Source: Gammaproteobacteria bacterium
Lineage (GTDB): Bacteria; Pseudomonadota; Gammaproteobacteria; Eutrophobiales; Eutrophobiaceae
Direction: 5' to 3'
NCBI GenBank assembly: GCA_963422205.2
Contig: CAXMWX010000009.1
Coordinates: 128,001 to 192,000 of the forward strand
DNA length: 64,000 nucleotides
The notes under the pieces were generated by a model. That model ran no database searches. It was not told the origin of the DNA and saw nothing but the letters and a program-made list of their open reading frames with translations. Shown one piece after another: positions 11,096-22,599 of the stretch. Made by a program: the position numbers and the translations under genes. Positions within the stretch are counted from its first letter, which is position 1. Each line of letters opens with the position of its first letter.

Positions 11096-11818
11096 TCAGG
11101 GTTGTGGCAGTGTCTTGACCGTGCCTTCAATCCACGCTTCCACTTCCGCTGTGAGTCGCCTGGCACTTTTACCGGCCACGGCGATGGGCTGGCCGATGAC
11201 CATGTTGATCACGCCGGCCTGTTTGGTGAAGCTGCTGCGGGGCCAGAAGTGGCCGGCATTATGGGCGACCGGCACGATCGGATAACCGGATTTCGCCGCC
11301 AGCATGGCCCCGCCCGCCTGATAGGTTTGGCGCTTGCCCGGCGGTGTGCGTGTGCCTTCAGGAAAGATCACCACACACAGGCCACGGTGTAATTTTTCAC
11401 TGCCCTCACGCAGCAGTTGTTTCAGTGCATGCACTGCCGAGCCCCGGTCAATGGCAATCGGCTGCATACTCGCCAGGCCCCAGCCATAGATGGGGATCCA
11501 TAATAACTCACGCTTCAGGATCCAGGCCTGGGCGGGGAAGATGAGCTGAATGGCCAGCGTCTCCCAGGCCGACTGGTGTTTGCACATGATAATGTAAGGC
11601 GCCCTGGGTATGTTTCCCCGGCCGCTGATGTTGGCATCAAGCCGACAGGTGATCTTCAACCACCATAGATTAAACCGCGCCCAGTTAGCGATAATCCCGA
11701 AGCGCCTGGGGTAGGGGATGGGCAGCAGCAGCAGCGAAACCGGCACCATGATCATGGTGGCGAGGGCCATGCCGGTGTAGAACAGCAGGGCGCGTAGAGA
11801 CAGCATCATGTTCAGCAT
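11096..11818 (-). CDS. plsC: 1-acyl-sn-glycerol-3-phosphate acyltransferase
   Basis: KHQSAWET and FPEGTR; synteny glyS-gmhB-plsC. Confidence 0.92.
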   Translation of the reverse strand: MLNMMLSLRALLFYTGMALATMIMVPVSLLLLPIPYPRRFGIIANWARFNLWWLKITCRLDANISGRGNIPRAPYIIMCKHQSAWETLAIQLIFPAQAWILKRELLWIPIYGWGLASMQPIAIDRGSAVHALKQLLREGSEKLHRGLCVVIFPEGTRTPPGKRQTYQAGGAMLAAKSGYPIVPVAHNAGHFWPRSSFTKQAGVINMVIGQPIAVAGKSARRLTAEVEAWIEGTVKTLPQP

Positions 11819-12351
11819 TGCTCCAGGATAGATGCCGCCGCAGCGGCCAGATCGTCATACACGGGAACTGCATCAGCGATCACGCCTCGTTCAAGCTCGG
11901 CCTGGCCCTTGCCGGTTCTGACCAGGACGGGTTTTGCCTTGATTGCCTGTGCGGCCTGTATGTCTGTTAGCTTATCGCCGATAAAATACACATGCTGCAA
12001 CGACACACGCAGGCGGTCACTGATATCCTCCAGCAGGCCGGTTGCCGGTTTGCGACAGCCACAGCCCGCCCCGGCGGCATGGGGGCAGAAAAATATCGCT
12101 TCGATCACGCCGCCGTATTGTGCAAGATGCGTCAGCATCCTCTGGTGAATCCGGTGCAAGTCCTCAATAGATAAGATGCCGAGCGCCAGTGCCGACTGGT
12201 TGCTGACCACCACGATGCGGTAGCCGTTCAGGGACAGGTGGGCGATCGCTTGCAGGCTGCCGGGAATGGCCTCCCATTGTTGCTCTGAGGTGATGTAATC
12301 GTCCGAGTCGTGATTAATCACGCCATCACGATCCAGAATAATCAGACTCAT
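11812..12351 (-). CDS. gmhB: D-glycero-D-manno-heptose 1,7-bisphosphate phosphatase
   Basis: LDRDGVIN, CPH...CGCRKP, GDKLTD. Confidence 0.93.
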   Translation of the reverse strand: MSLIILDRDGVINHDSDDYITSEQQWEAIPGSLQAIAHLSLNGYRIVVVSNQSALALGILSIEDLHRIHQRMLTHLAQYGGVIEAIFFCPHAAGAGCGCRKPATGLLEDISDRLRVSLQHVYFIGDKLTDIQAAQAIKAKPVLVRTGKGQAELERGVIADAVPVYDDLAAAAASILEQC

Positions 12352-12360
12352 CGTTATGTG

Positions 12361-14428
12361 TTACAGGCGGGCGATATCGGCGGTGGTGATGAACATGTCG
12401 GCCAGATTTTTTAACAGGGCGAGGCGGTTTGCTCGCAGTTGCTGATTCTCGCTCATGACCATCACCTCATCAAAAAACGCATCGACACTGTCCCGCAAAC
12501 CGGCCAGTCTGTTCAAGACCTGTGGGTAATCTGCTGCCTCCAGCAGGGGGGTGCAGGTGTGTTGTGCTGTGCGTAAGTCATTCGCCAACCGTTGTTCTGC
12601 CGGCTCCTGCAATAATGCTGCATCAATTTCATTTCTGCTAGTATCGGCCTGTTTGAGGATATTGGCGATGCGCTTGTGTGCGGCTGTCAGGCTTGCCGCT
12701 TCGGGCCTCTGGCTGAACTCGGTCACGGCAATAAGGCGTTTGTGAAGATCCCAGGGCCGGGTCGGCTGCACGGCCAGCACGGCATCAAATACCCCCGGTG
12801 CGGTTCCCTTGTCGAGATAATAGCGCCGCAATCGCTCCAGCATAAACGGCAACACCGCATCTGTCGCCGCTGCCGCATTGACGGCTGCCGGAAAGCCATT
12901 TGCGGCCGCCTCAATACACTGGTGCAGATCGAGTTCCAGCTCACGTTCAATGATGATACGAAGGCTGCCAATAGCGGCACGCCGAAGACCGAACGGGTCT
13001 TTCTCACCGCTGGGCATTTTGCCGATGGCGAACATGCCAACGATCGTATCCAGCCGGTCGGCCAGCGCCAGGATCTGCCCGATCTTGCTGGCGGGGCAGG
13101 GCATCGCCGGCAAAACGTGGCCGGTATTGCTCATCCAGGGCAACCGCCACGGCCTCATCTTCACCGCTCAAGCGGGCGTAGCAGCGGCCCATCACGCCTT
13201 GCAGCCGGGGAAATTCTGCCACCATCCGGGTTAAGAGATCACACTTGCTTAACAGTGCCGCCCGCTCAACACATCGATTATCAACCCCCAGGGAGGTGGC
13301 AAGCTGAACCGCCAGCCCGGCAATGCGCCGGGTTTTCTGCTGCAAGTTACCCAGCTTTTGCTCGAAGATAACCTGCTCCAGCCCGGCCATATACTCGTGC
13401 AGTTTTTGTTTGCTGTCCTGCTGCCAGAAAAAGGCGGCATCACTTAGCCGGGGGCGGATCACCTTCTCATTGCCCCTGGCGATTTGCTCGGCTGCCTTAC
13501 TGTCGATATTGGCGATACAGATAAATTTTTCGCTCAGCCTGCCGTGGCGGTCACGGCAGGGAAAATATTTTTGCTGATCCTGCATACAGGCGATCAGCAC
13601 CTCTTCGGGTAATTGCAGAAACTTAACATCAAATGAAGCCAGCACCGCCACCGGCCACTCAAGCAGGGCGGTTACCTCATCCAGCAGCGCCGGATCAACC
13701 ACCGCATCAAGCCCGGCCTCTGTGGCCTTCTGGTGAATGAGCTGCCGAATCCGCTGTTGCCGTTCAGTAAATGCGGCGATAACCCGACCCGGCGCATATA
13801 GCTTTGTGGCATATTCGTCTGTGTTTGCCAGGTTGATCGCCGCCGGATGATGGAACCGATGCCCGTAAGTCTGGTTTGATGCCCTCGTGCCGAGAATCTC
13901 GCAAGCCACCGCCTCAGCCCCAAACATGACCAGCGACCAATGCACCGGCCGCACAAATTCCACCTCGCCCTCGCCCCAGCGCATGCGTTTTGGCACGGGC
14001 AAGGCGTGCAATGCGCTGTTGATGATGCTCGCCAGCAGGGCGGTGGTCTCCTGCCCGGGCCGCTGCTGCCTGTGCACCAGCCACTCGCCCTTATCGGTCT
14101 TCATGCTCTTTAGCGCAGTCACGGCGATGCCACAGGCATGTGCAAACCCCATCGCCGCCCGGGTGGGCTTGCCGTCTTTATCATAGGCTGCCTGCAAGGC
14201 CGGGCCTCGCTTCTGCACCTCGGTATCAGCCTGTCTTGTCTGCACGGCACGGAAGATCACGGCCAGGCGTCTTGGCGTTGCGAACCAGATCATCTCTCCA
14301 TGTCGCAGCCGCTGTTTGGTCAAGCCCGATTCTATCCCCTCGGCAAAGGCGAGCCCCAGAGGCTTTAACGCCCTGGGTGGTAATTCTTCGGTGCCGATTT
14401 CCACCAGCAGGTCTTTGGTGCTTGTCAT
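12361..14428 (-). CDS. glyS: Glycine--tRNA ligase beta subunit (one apparent frameshift near 13095)
   Basis: [12 protein letters not shown] at the N-terminus; the downstream frame continues LALADRLDT...DPFGLRRAA...NRLALL. The break is one extra base in the G run at 13093-13096. Confidence 0.95.
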
Positions 14429-15318
14429 GCCGGCTGGCCCTCACTGCACAGCGGGAAACCCAGCTGCTTGCGTTTATCGAAATACGCCTGTGCCACAGCA
14501 CCTGCCAGGGTACGCACCTGCAAGATAAAGCGTTGTCTTTCGGTGACGGAAATGGCGCAACGGGCATCCAGCAGGTTAAATGTGTGTGATGCTTTTAATA
14601 CCATCTCATACGCTGGCAGCGGCAGGTTTTGATCAAGCAATAACTTACATTGCTGTTCATACTCATCAAAATGGCGGAACAGCATCGCCGTGTCGGCCTG
14701 TTCAAAATTATAGGCCGACATCTCAACTTCATTTTGATGATGCACATCAGCATAGGTGATGCTCTGCTGGCCCCTGGTCGTCCAGAGCAGATCATAGACG
14801 CTGTCCTTGTCCTGCAAATACATGGCGATGCGCTCCAGGCCGTAAGTCAACTCGCCGGAGACCGGTCGGCATTCCAATCCGCCCACTTGCTGGAAATAGG
14901 TAAACTGGCTGATCTCCATGCCGTTTAACCAGACTTCCCAGCCCAGCCCCCAGGCGCCCAGCGTGGGTGATTCCCAGTCATCCTCAACAAAACGAATGTC
15001 ATGCAGCAGGGGGTCAATGCCCAGCGCCCGCAAAGAGTTCAGATAATGTTCCTGGATAGCCATCGGCGAGGGCTTTAACAGCACCTGGAACTGATAGTAA
15101 TGTTGCAGCCGATTCGGATTATCCCCGTAACGACCGTCAGCGGGACGCCGTGATGGCTGCACGTATGCCGCCTGCCAGGGCTCCGGCCCGACAGCGTGCA
15201 GAAAGGTTGCCGGATGGAAAGTGCCGGCACCGACTTCCAGGTCCAGCGGTTGCTGGATGATGCAGCCCTGCTCAGACCAGTAAGCCTGCAACGTGAAAAT
15301 CAATTCCTGAAATGTCAT
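14425..15318 (-). CDS. glyQ: Glycine--tRNA ligase alpha subunit
   Basis: [37 protein letters not shown]. Confidence 0.98.
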   Translation of the reverse strand: MTFQELIFTLQAYWSEQGCIIQQPLDLEVGAGTFHPATFLHAVGPEPWQAAYVQPSRRPADGRYGDNPNRLQHYYQFQVLLKPSPMAIQEHYLNSLRALGIDPLLHDIRFVEDDWESPTLGAWGLGWEVWLNGMEISQFTYFQQVGGLECRPVSGELTYGLERIAMYLQDKDSVYDLLWTTRGQQSITYADVHHQNEVEMSAYNFEQADTAMLFRHFDEYEQQCKLLLDQNLPLPAYEMVLKASHTFNLLDARCAISVTERQRFILQVRTLAGAVAQAYFDKRKQLGFPLCSEGQPA

Positions 15319-15660
15319 CAGCTATCTGAAATGCTTGGCATTTATCCGCCGCCGAGTATAACGATTAATGCGGGTTATGGGTATGTGTGTGACTGGCATG
15401 GCGGTGACTGGAATCACGCCTGTGCCTATGAGGTCGGTTCGTATGACCGCCATCTGTTAGCGGTAAAGCGCTGTCTTATCCTGGCGTGTTGGACGGATGT
15501 TTTTCAGTCTCGGCAAGGGTGTCAGTATGATCCTTCATGGCCTGTTGCAACACAAGGATAATATCGTTAAGTGGCGAGGGTAATGCAGGAGATGGTTGTA
15601 CGCCCTGGGGGCAGGGTCGATGTGCAGGCTGGGCGCGCTGGAGGGTTAAGGTAGCTTTTT

Positions 15661-16722
15661 CTATTCCTCGGCCTCATCCTTGTCATGAGTTAGGTCATCT
15701 AAGGTTTTGGTGAATAGATCTGTCTTGTGTTGTGGCAGGACATACCCCCAACCGGCAACGGCTTGTTGCAGTTGCTCTGCCTGTTCAATGATACTCAACT
15801 CATCGGTATCCGTTTGTTCGGCAGTCTCGGCAACGGGCGCTGCCGTGACAGAGAATAAGGTGTAGAATTGCTCTTCCTGCTGCACCACCTGCCCATGTAC
15901 GGCAAGCCCGTTAAACGTATTCACAGTAAAGCTGGCAACCTCGCTGGCCTGTTGCAGATTGCTCTCACGCCTGACTGCCTCGGCAAACACGCCTTCCAGC
16001 AGCGTACCCATCTGGCTGATCATGACATCGGCCTGGGCGCCCCTTCCGGCGGGAATATTTGCCAGCATCAGATCAGCGTTTGCATCACTGCGGGTTAGTT
16101 CAATGGGCGGCTTGCCGGCCGGTGCTATCCGAATGGACTTGACCTCCCGGCTGTTGATATCCAGCACGTTTTTATCAAACCAGTCAGCTGGCTTGGCGGA
16201 GACTGCCACACTCCCAAGCACCAGCAATGCCTGTTTGCTGTCGGGATGACGCACATACAAACCGGGTCGGTCGGCTGGCGACTTGCTGTGCCGGGCATCG
16301 CCAATGATCAAGCTGGCCACGGGTGTACCCGCCGCAGCGAATGTCAACCGGTGTGAACGGGCCCCGGCGTCCGTAATATCCTCAACGCCCAGCCGATTGT
16401 AAAGCGCCGGGTTAGAGGTTTTCTCTGCTAACAGCCTTAAATCAGCGACGGCCACCACCGTTTGTTTGACCTTGTCAAATTGGGCGGGGTAGTTGTCGGC
16501 CTGTTCGATCACCCAGGTGCCGTCCTGTTTTTTAATATCAATCTGTGCCTCTGCGCTGGCAATACGAAGCTGATCGATCGTGTTGATCGCATCGCCCAAA
16601 TCGGGCAGCAGCAGCGGGCTGGCATGGCTGGTTTGAGGCGCCCGCTGCTGGCTGATATACAGTGCGGCAATGAGCAGCACCAGCGTGATAGCCGCGAAAA
16701 TAGCAAAAGACGGTTTTTTCAT
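15661..16722 (-). CDS. DUF4340-family protein
   Basis: N-terminal anchor; last gene of the ABC/GldG-like operon; W...YPA and LGV motifs. Confidence 0.78.
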   Translation of the reverse strand: MKKPSFAIFAAITLVLLIAALYISQQRAPQTSHASPLLLPDLGDAINTIDQLRIASAEAQIDIKKQDGTWVIEQADNYPAQFDKVKQTVVAVADLRLLAEKTSNPALYNRLGVEDITDAGARSHRLTFAAAGTPVASLIIGDARHSKSPADRPGLYVRHPDSKQALLVLGSVAVSAKPADWFDKNVLDINSREVKSIRIAPAGKPPIELTRSDANADLMLANIPAGRGAQADVMISQMGTLLEGVFAEAVRRESNLQQASEVASFTVNTFNGLAVHGQVVQQEEQFYTLFSVTAAPVAETAEQTDTDELSIIEQAEQLQQAVAGWGYVLPQHKTDLFTKTLDDLTHDKDEAEE

Positions 16723-16727
16723 GCCAG

Positions 16728-18587
16728 CTACCCCATGCGGCGTGAACGGAATATTCCCAGCACGATGGCAAAGAGGATGATCATCAAAGGCAGCAAGGCG
16801 ATGTTGAAGAACTTCAACTGTGCGCCCAGGCGATCAATATTTTTTTGCAGCTCATGTTGCACGGCGCGTAATTCCTTGCGGGTTTTCACCTGTTCCAGGC
16901 GGAAGTTTTCAATCGCCCGCTGCTGTGCCGGCGAGAGCAGCAAATCGCCCTCACCCCGCTCTTGTTGCAACTCGACGATCTTGCGCTCGGTCTCATCCAG
17001 CCGGGCCTGCAACTGCTGCTCTTGGTCACGGAATTGCCGCTCTGCCTCTCGACGAATGGCTTCGACTTTGGTAAATGGTCGGGAGAACTCGCCCCGGCTA
17101 CGCAGGCTTATCAGGTCGGTATTGCCAGCCAGATTTTCCAGGGCATTGATCACAAAGTCGCCGTTGTTGGCGATGGTCTGCGGAATGTCGATGCCGAAGA
17201 AATTTTGCCGCCGGGTCCAGAATATATCGGCCAGGATATCTGTATCGGCCACCAGGATAACATTCAACTCGCCTTGGGTGGCCTGATCGCTGGCTGGCGG
17301 GGCGGCGGCATCCTCGTCTGTTACAAGGCCGTCCGGGTAGGCGGTTTGCGCTGTGCCATTGAGCCGCACGGCCAAGGTCTGCTGTTGATTGGCAGCGGCA
17401 AAGGCGGCCAGCATCACGTTCGGGTCGCGCTGGAATAGCACCAGATCACGCTCCATCGGCATGGATTGTGCGGATGACTGGATCAGCGGCGTGAATTCCA
17501 GCGCTGATCCTTCCTGCTGTTCGATAATGCCCGCCGTGCCTACATGGATCAGCTTCAACTCGCTGGTGCTGAAATCATCGGCGCTGAGAAACGCCTCAGT
17601 GATCCGCAGCCAGGGCAGGTAATTGGCCTCCACCGGCCCGCGCTGGCTGCTGGTCTGAACGCGCATGGCCAGTTGAGCATCGGCGGCGATCTTGTCGCTT
17701 GCCATGCTGATGCCCCAGGCATCCAGCAATACGTTCAGATCCGAGCTTAACTCCGGCATGACAAACGGGTTGGCCGGGTCTGCCTGGGTGGCATCGGCCT
17801 CGGCCAGCGGGTCAACAAAGATCAGCCCCTTGCCGCCAGTGAGCAGGTATTGGTCGATGGCATACAGCGTCTCTTGCGTCAGTTCTTTGGGGTGTACCAG
17901 CATCAGCACATCCACATCAGCTGCTATCTCGGTCAGCTCCGTCCCCAGATCGCGTACCGTAAAAAACTCGCGCATCACATCGACTATGGCCCAGGGCTGG
18001 CTGGTGCCTGTGGCCGGGTCACCAAACAGGGGCAGGCGGCTGATGACGCCCACCACGCGCTTGTCCGGGTTGGCCAGGTTGTAGATCAATTTGGTGATGT
18101 CATACTCCAGTGCCGCCTCCCGTGTTGCCTGAAAAAAAGCAATGATGGCCTCATCGTCGGTTGCATTGCTGCCGACCAGGCCAAAGTAGGCACGATCGCC
18201 GGCGGCATTGACAGAGACGCCCTGCAGGCCGCTGGCAACCGCCTGATCTTCCTGTTCGGAGAATGGCTCCGGATCAATGATGCTGAGTCGGATAGCCCCA
18301 CCAGATTTGGCGGCAAACTCCTCCAGCAAATCGCGCACGCGGTTACCGTAGTTGCGTAACTGTGGCAAGTCGGCCAGCAACTTGGCGGAGAAATAAAAAT
18401 CCAGGGTGACCGGCTCATCCAGCGCGGTGATGATATTCACGCTGCCCTGGGATAAGGTGAACAGGCGGTTTTCGGTGAGATCGATACGCAGGCTGGTGAA
18501 AACGGCATTGGCGATGATGATGATCGCCAGCGCCAATACGCCGGCCAGCAGCAGCCCGGTGCCAGAGATGATCTGTCGATTGTGCAT
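16728..18587 (-). CDS. GldG-like ABC transporter auxiliary component (long form with coiled coil)
   Basis: RIDLTENRLFTLSQG, LEYDITKLI, NGDFVINALENL; C-terminal coiled coil plus TM. The start was taken at MHNRQ. Confidence 0.87.
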   Translation of the reverse strand: MHNRQIISGTGLLLAGVLALAIIIIANAVFTSLRIDLTENRLFTLSQGSVNIITALDEPVTLDFYFSAKLLADLPQLRNYGNRVRDLLEEFAAKSGGAIRLSIIDPEPFSEQEDQAVASGLQGVSVNAAGDRAYFGLVGSNATDDEAIIAFFQATREAALEYDITKLIYNLANPDKRVVGVISRLPLFGDPATGTSQPWAIVDVMREFFTVRDLGTELTEIAADVDVLMLVHPKELTQETLYAIDQYLLTGGKGLIFVDPLAEADATQADPANPFVMPELSSDLNVLLDAWGISMASDKIAADAQLAMRVQTSSQRGPVEANYLPWLRITEAFLSADDFSTSELKLIHVGTAGIIEQQEGSALEFTPLIQSSAQSMPMERDLVLFQRDPNVMLAAFAAANQQQTLAVRLNGTAQTAYPDGLVTDEDAAAPPASDQATQGELNVILVADTDILADIFWTRRQNFFGIDIPQTIANNGDFVINALENLAGNTDLISLRSRGEFSRPFTKVEAIRREAERQFRDQEQQLQARLDETERKIVELQQERGEGDLLLSPAQQRAIENFRLEQVKTRKELRAVQHELQKNIDRLGAQLKFFNIALLPLMIILFAIVLGIFRSRRMG

Positions 18588-18589
18588 GT

Positions 18590-19330
18590 CTAGCTCGCCT
18601 TTTGGTGTTCGATAACAACGACAGTGGCATAGAGCCAAAAAGCAATGAATACGATGTAGTAGATTATGTCGCGAATATCGATCACTCCTTGTTTGATCGA
18701 TTCGAAATGGGTCAGAAAACTGAGTGAGGCGATCGCATCAATAAGTGCCTGTGGTGCCCAGCCCTGAAAATAATCCAGCACCAGCGGGAAGCCACTTAGG
18801 ATGAACAGAAAGCAGATCATGACGCTGATGACAAAGGCGATCACCTGGCTTTTGGTGGTGGCAGAGATGCAGGAGCCAACGGCCAGAGAGCCGCCGGCCA
18901 GCAACAGGCTGCCGATATAGCCGGCAACGATGACCGTGTTGTCCGGATCGCCCAGGGTGTTTACGGTAATCCAGATCGGAAAAGTCAGCGCCAGGGCAAT
19001 GGCACTGCAACACCAGGCGGCAAGAAATTTGCCCAGCACCGCTTCAATGATGGAGACCGGCAGCGTCATCAGCAATTCAATCGTGCCGCTCTTTCTCTCC
19101 TCAGACCAAAGCCGCATGGCAATGGCCGGGATCAGGAACAGATACAGCCAGGGATGAAAGCGGAAAAACGGCTCCAGATCGGCCTGGCCGCGCTCATAAA
19201 ATGCCCCCAGATTGAAGGTGAATATGCCGTTGAGCAACAGGAAGATAACGATAAACACATAGGCCAGCGGCGTGGAAAAATAGCCGTACAACTCACGCTT
19301 TAACACCGCCTTGATGTTATTCATGCTCAT
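18590..19330 (-). CDS. ABC-2 type permease (GldF-like)
   Basis: YFSTPLAYVF, MRLWSEERKSGTIELL, VLGKFLA. Confidence 0.9.
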   Translation of the reverse strand: MSMNNIKAVLKRELYGYFSTPLAYVFIVIFLLLNGIFTFNLGAFYERGQADLEPFFRFHPWLYLFLIPAIAMRLWSEERKSGTIELLMTLPVSIIEAVLGKFLAAWCCSAIALALTFPIWITVNTLGDPDNTVIVAGYIGSLLLAGGSLAVGSCISATTKSQVIAFVISVMICFLFILSGFPLVLDYFQGWAPQALIDAIASLSFLTHFESIKQGVIDIRDIIYYIVFIAFWLYATVVVIEHQKAS

Positions 19331-20097
19331 GATTGCCCTGATGTCCCCTGGCTTTGATAAAATTCGCTGGTCAGTTGGCGGAAGGCATCGTCAATATCAT
19401 GGGCTGCTGACCGCTTGCGTAACTCGGCCGGTGTGCCATCAAACAGTAATTGCCCGGCGGCGATGATAATCGCCCGGCTGCACACCGCATCCACTTCTTC
19501 CAGGACATGGGTGGAGATAATAATGGCCTTCTTGGCCGCCATACGCTGTATCAGCCGGCGTACTTCGTGTTTTTGATTCGGGTCCAGGCCATCGGTGGGC
19601 TCGTCCATGATCAGCACATTCGGATCATGCAGCAGGGCCTGGGCGATACCCACCCGCCGTTTATACCCTTTGGACAGGGTCTCAATGGTTTGTTGCAGTA
19701 CAGATTCGATGTTGATCAACTGCACCACGTGTTCAATGCACTTATGTTTTTCCGCCCCACTGAAGCCACGGACTTCGGCAATAAAGTTCAGAAAACTGCT
19801 GACTGTCATCTCGGCATAGGCGGGCGCCCCCTCTGGCAGATAGCCAATGGCGGCCTTGACCGCCAGCGGCGAGTCAGTGACGGCATGACCGTTGACCAAC
19901 ACAGTACCGGCCGTTGGCGCCAGAAAGCCGCTGATCATCTTCATGGTGGTGGATTTGCCAGCACCGTTAGGGCCGAGAAAACCCAGCACCTCGCCATGTT
20001 GTACGGAAAAAGAAATTTCCTTTACCGCATGGATAGGGCCGAAGCGTTTATCCAACGCCTTAACCTCGATTGCAGGGGCAGTATTTTCCGATGTCAT
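19327..20097 (-). CDS. ABC transporter ATP-binding protein (GldA-like)
   Basis: GPNGAGKST, LSKGYKRR, IMDEPT. Confidence 0.93.
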   Translation of the reverse strand: MTSENTAPAIEVKALDKRFGPIHAVKEISFSVQHGEVLGFLGPNGAGKSTTMKMISGFLAPTAGTVLVNGHAVTDSPLAVKAAIGYLPEGAPAYAEMTVSSFLNFIAEVRGFSGAEKHKCIEHVVQLINIESVLQQTIETLSKGYKRRVGIAQALLHDPNVLIMDEPTDGLDPNQKHEVRRLIQRMAAKKAIIISTHVLEEVDAVCSRAIIIAAGQLLFDGTPAELRKRSAAHDIDDAFRQLTSEFYQSQGTSGQS

Positions 20098-20255
20098 TGC
20101 AAAAGTCAGTCAGTTACTTGTCCGCCAGCCAACCCATTCGCCGGCTGGCCGTTAAGCAGATAAGGGCCGGGCAGCCAATCTGTCGGGCGGCGCTATTCTC
20201 CATAAAACAACGTTGCCGTCAACCGTGGCCAACCTGGATAGTCAGATGCCCGGTG

Positions 20256-21119
20256 TTAAGTTTTAGTTCCTTTCAAGCGGTATACCGAGGAGCTGTCCTC
20301 ATCGCCTCTGCCCTGTTCAATCAATGCCTTGTAATCGGCCATGGCAATCTCGGTTATCGGCAGTGCATTAATGCCTGCCCTGCTCGCCATTTGCTTGCAG
20401 ATAGTCAAGTCTTTAAGGTGCAGATTGACCTTAAAACCCGGTGGAAAGGCTTCGTTGATCATGAACTCGCTGCGGTTATCCAGCACCCAGTTGGCCGCCG
20501 CCCCGCCCGATACCACCTCAACCACCTTCGCCAGGTCCAGCCCGACCGTCTTGCCAAAGGCCAGGGCTTCGGCCACAGACTCATACAGGCCGGCACATAT
20601 AATTTGATTGACGGCCTTGCATGCCTGACCACTGCCCGTTGGCCCGATCAGCGTGATACGGCGGGCGATGGCGCCCAGGGTATCTTCAGCCGCCGCCAGG
20701 GTGGTCGCCTCGCCGCCGACCATCATGGCGAGTGTGCCCTGCCTTGCCCCTTCCACACCGCCAGAGACCGGGCAGTCCAGGAATTTTGCCTGTTTTTCGC
20801 TTAACAGGGCGGCCGCCTTAATCGCCGTCTCGGCACTGACGGTAGAGGTATCTGCCACGATGCTGCCCGCCGGTATGCCCGGCAACAGGGCGGCCACCAC
20901 CTCCAGCACATCCTCATCCCGTGGCAGGCTGGTTATAATGAGTTCGCAATATCTCGCCAACTCGGCCACTGTCCCGGTACTGCTGGCTGCCGTGGCAGCG
21001 GCAATCGCATCGGCCTTGCTTTGCGTACGGTTCCATATCTTGTGCAGGTGTCCGGCCTTGTCGAGATTCATCGCCATGCCCGCGCCCATCGCACCCAAAC
21101 CGATAAGCCCGGCCTTCAT
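20256..21119 (-). CDS. NAD(P)-dependent beta-hydroxyacid dehydrogenase (3-hydroxyisobutyrate dehydrogenase family)
   Basis: GLIGLGAMG, FLDCPVSGG, GQACKAVNQ, HLKDL; the start was taken at MKAGLIG. Confidence 0.9.
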   Translation of the reverse strand: MKAGLIGLGAMGAGMAMNLDKAGHLHKIWNRTQSKADAIAAATAASSTGTVAELARYCELIITSLPRDEDVLEVVAALLPGIPAGSIVADTSTVSAETAIKAAALLSEKQAKFLDCPVSGGVEGARQGTLAMMVGGEATTLAAAEDTLGAIARRITLIGPTGSGQACKAVNQIICAGLYESVAEALAFGKTVGLDLAKVVEVVSGGAAANWVLDNRSEFMINEAFPPGFKVNLHLKDLTICKQMASRAGINALPITEIAMADYKALIEQGRGDEDSSSVYRLKGTKT

Positions 21120-21174
21120 CGCTGTTCTCTTGAATACATCAAAAGATGCACAGGGTCTACCGGAGAGCGTGAGG

Positions 21175-22599
21175 TCATCTGTTGTTGCCAGCAGCCTGGA
21201 AATGCCGGGCCAGCACCTCGGCCACACAGCAGGTGAGTTTTTTTGCGGTGGGAAGATGCAGGAACTCATTCGGCCCGTGGGCGTTGGAATGCGGGCCGAG
21301 CACACCGGTGATCATAAATTGTGCGGTCGGAAATCGCTCCCCCAGCATACTCATAAACGGAATCGAGCCGCCCTCGCCCATCTGCATCGCCGGCTTGCCG
21401 AAGTAATTCAGTGAGGCGTGATTGACTGCCTTCTCCAGCCAGTCAGCCATGGGCGGTGCGTGCCAGCCGCTGGCCTCCCAGTCCGGCTTGAAAGTCACCC
21501 TGGCGCCACAGGGCGGGTCATATTCCAGCATGGCCTGTAATTTCTTCAGCGCCCGTCTGGCATTGCAGGTGGGCGGCAGACGCAGGGAGACCTTGACCGC
21601 CGTGAAGGGCTGCAATACATTGCCCGCATCGATAATGGCAGGCAGACCATCGGCACCGGTGATCGACAGGGCAGGCCGCCAGGTACGGTTAAGGATCAAT
21701 TCTGCCGGGTCACTCTCATCGGGCTGCACATCCGCCAGAAAGGGAAATTTACGGTACACATTCTTGTTCAGTACCGCCGCCGCCAGCCTGGCCTGCTCAA
21801 TGCGATGCTCAGGAATGGGCGTGTTAAATCCCGGATCCGTGATGACGCCACTGGCCGCATCGTCAATCCGCCCCAGTATCTTGCGGAGGATACGAAAGCT
21901 GGAAGGCACGACACCGCTGGCATCACCGGAGTGAACGCCTTCTTTCAGCACCTGTACTTTAAGCTCACCGCCGATCAGGCCGCGCAAGGACGTGGTACAC
22001 CAGAGTTGTTCATAGTTGCCGCAGCCAGAATCGAGACAAATGATGAGATCAGGCTGGCCGATGCGCTCAGACAAGGCATCAATGTAATAGGGCAGATCGT
22101 AGCTGCCGCTCTCCTCACAGGCTTCAATGATGATGATACAACGGGCATGCGGGAGCCCCTGTTTTTTTAAGGTGTTGACAGCCGTCAGACAAGAGAAAAT
22201 GGCATACCCATCATCGGCACCGCCACGCCCATAGAGCCGGTCGCCCTCCAGCACCGGCTTCCAGGGGCCGAGGTCTTCACGCCAGCCGGTCATCTCCGGC
22301 TGCTTGTCAAGATGGCCATACAGCAACACAGTCTCTGCCGACTCGCCCGGGATCTCGATAAAAAGCAAAGGCGTCCGACCGGGCAGGCGCACAACATCCA
22401 GTTGCATGCCCTCAATCTGCTGTCGCTCGATCCAATCAGCAAACTGCACCACCACCGCCTCCATGAAACCGTTGGCCTGCCAGTCGGGATCAAATGCGGG
22501 TGATTTATTCGGGACTTTGATGTACTCGGTCAACTCACCGATGATGCTGGACTGCCAGATGTCTTCGCAATAATCCGTGGCTTTTCCTGAGTCAAGCAT
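21175..22599 (-). CDS. M20 family metallopeptidase
   Basis: YGHLDKQP, GRGGADDG, EACEESGS, NAHGPNE. Confidence 0.92.
   Translation of the reverse strand: MLDSGKATDYCEDIWQSSIIGELTEYIKVPNKSPAFDPDWQANGFMEAVVVQFADWIERQQIEGMQLDVVRLPGRTPLLFIEIPGESAETVLLYGHLDKQPEMTGWREDLGPWKPVLEGDRLYGRGGADDGYAIFSCLTAVNTLKKQGLPHARCIIIIEACEESGSYDLPYYIDALSERIGQPDLIICLDSGCGNYEQLWCTTSLRGLIGGELKVQVLKEGVHSGDASGVVPSSFRILRKILGRIDDAASGVITDPGFNTPIPEHRIEQARLAAAVLNKNVYRKFPFLADVQPDESDPAELILNRTWRPALSITGADGLPAIIDAGNVLQPFTAVKVSLRLPPTCNARRALKKLQAMLEYDPPCGARVTFKPDWEASGWHAPPMADWLEKAVNHASLNYFGKPAMQMGEGGSIPFMSMLGERFPTAQFMITGVLGPHSNAHGPNEFLHLPTAKKLTCCVAEVLARHFQAAGNNR

Noticed and set aside
15320-15660. 340-bp intergenic region upstream of glyQ, considered as a tRNA, riboswitch or small ORF
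   Set aside because: I found no cloverleaf, recognisable riboswitch motif or credible ORF; an Rfam scan would settle it.
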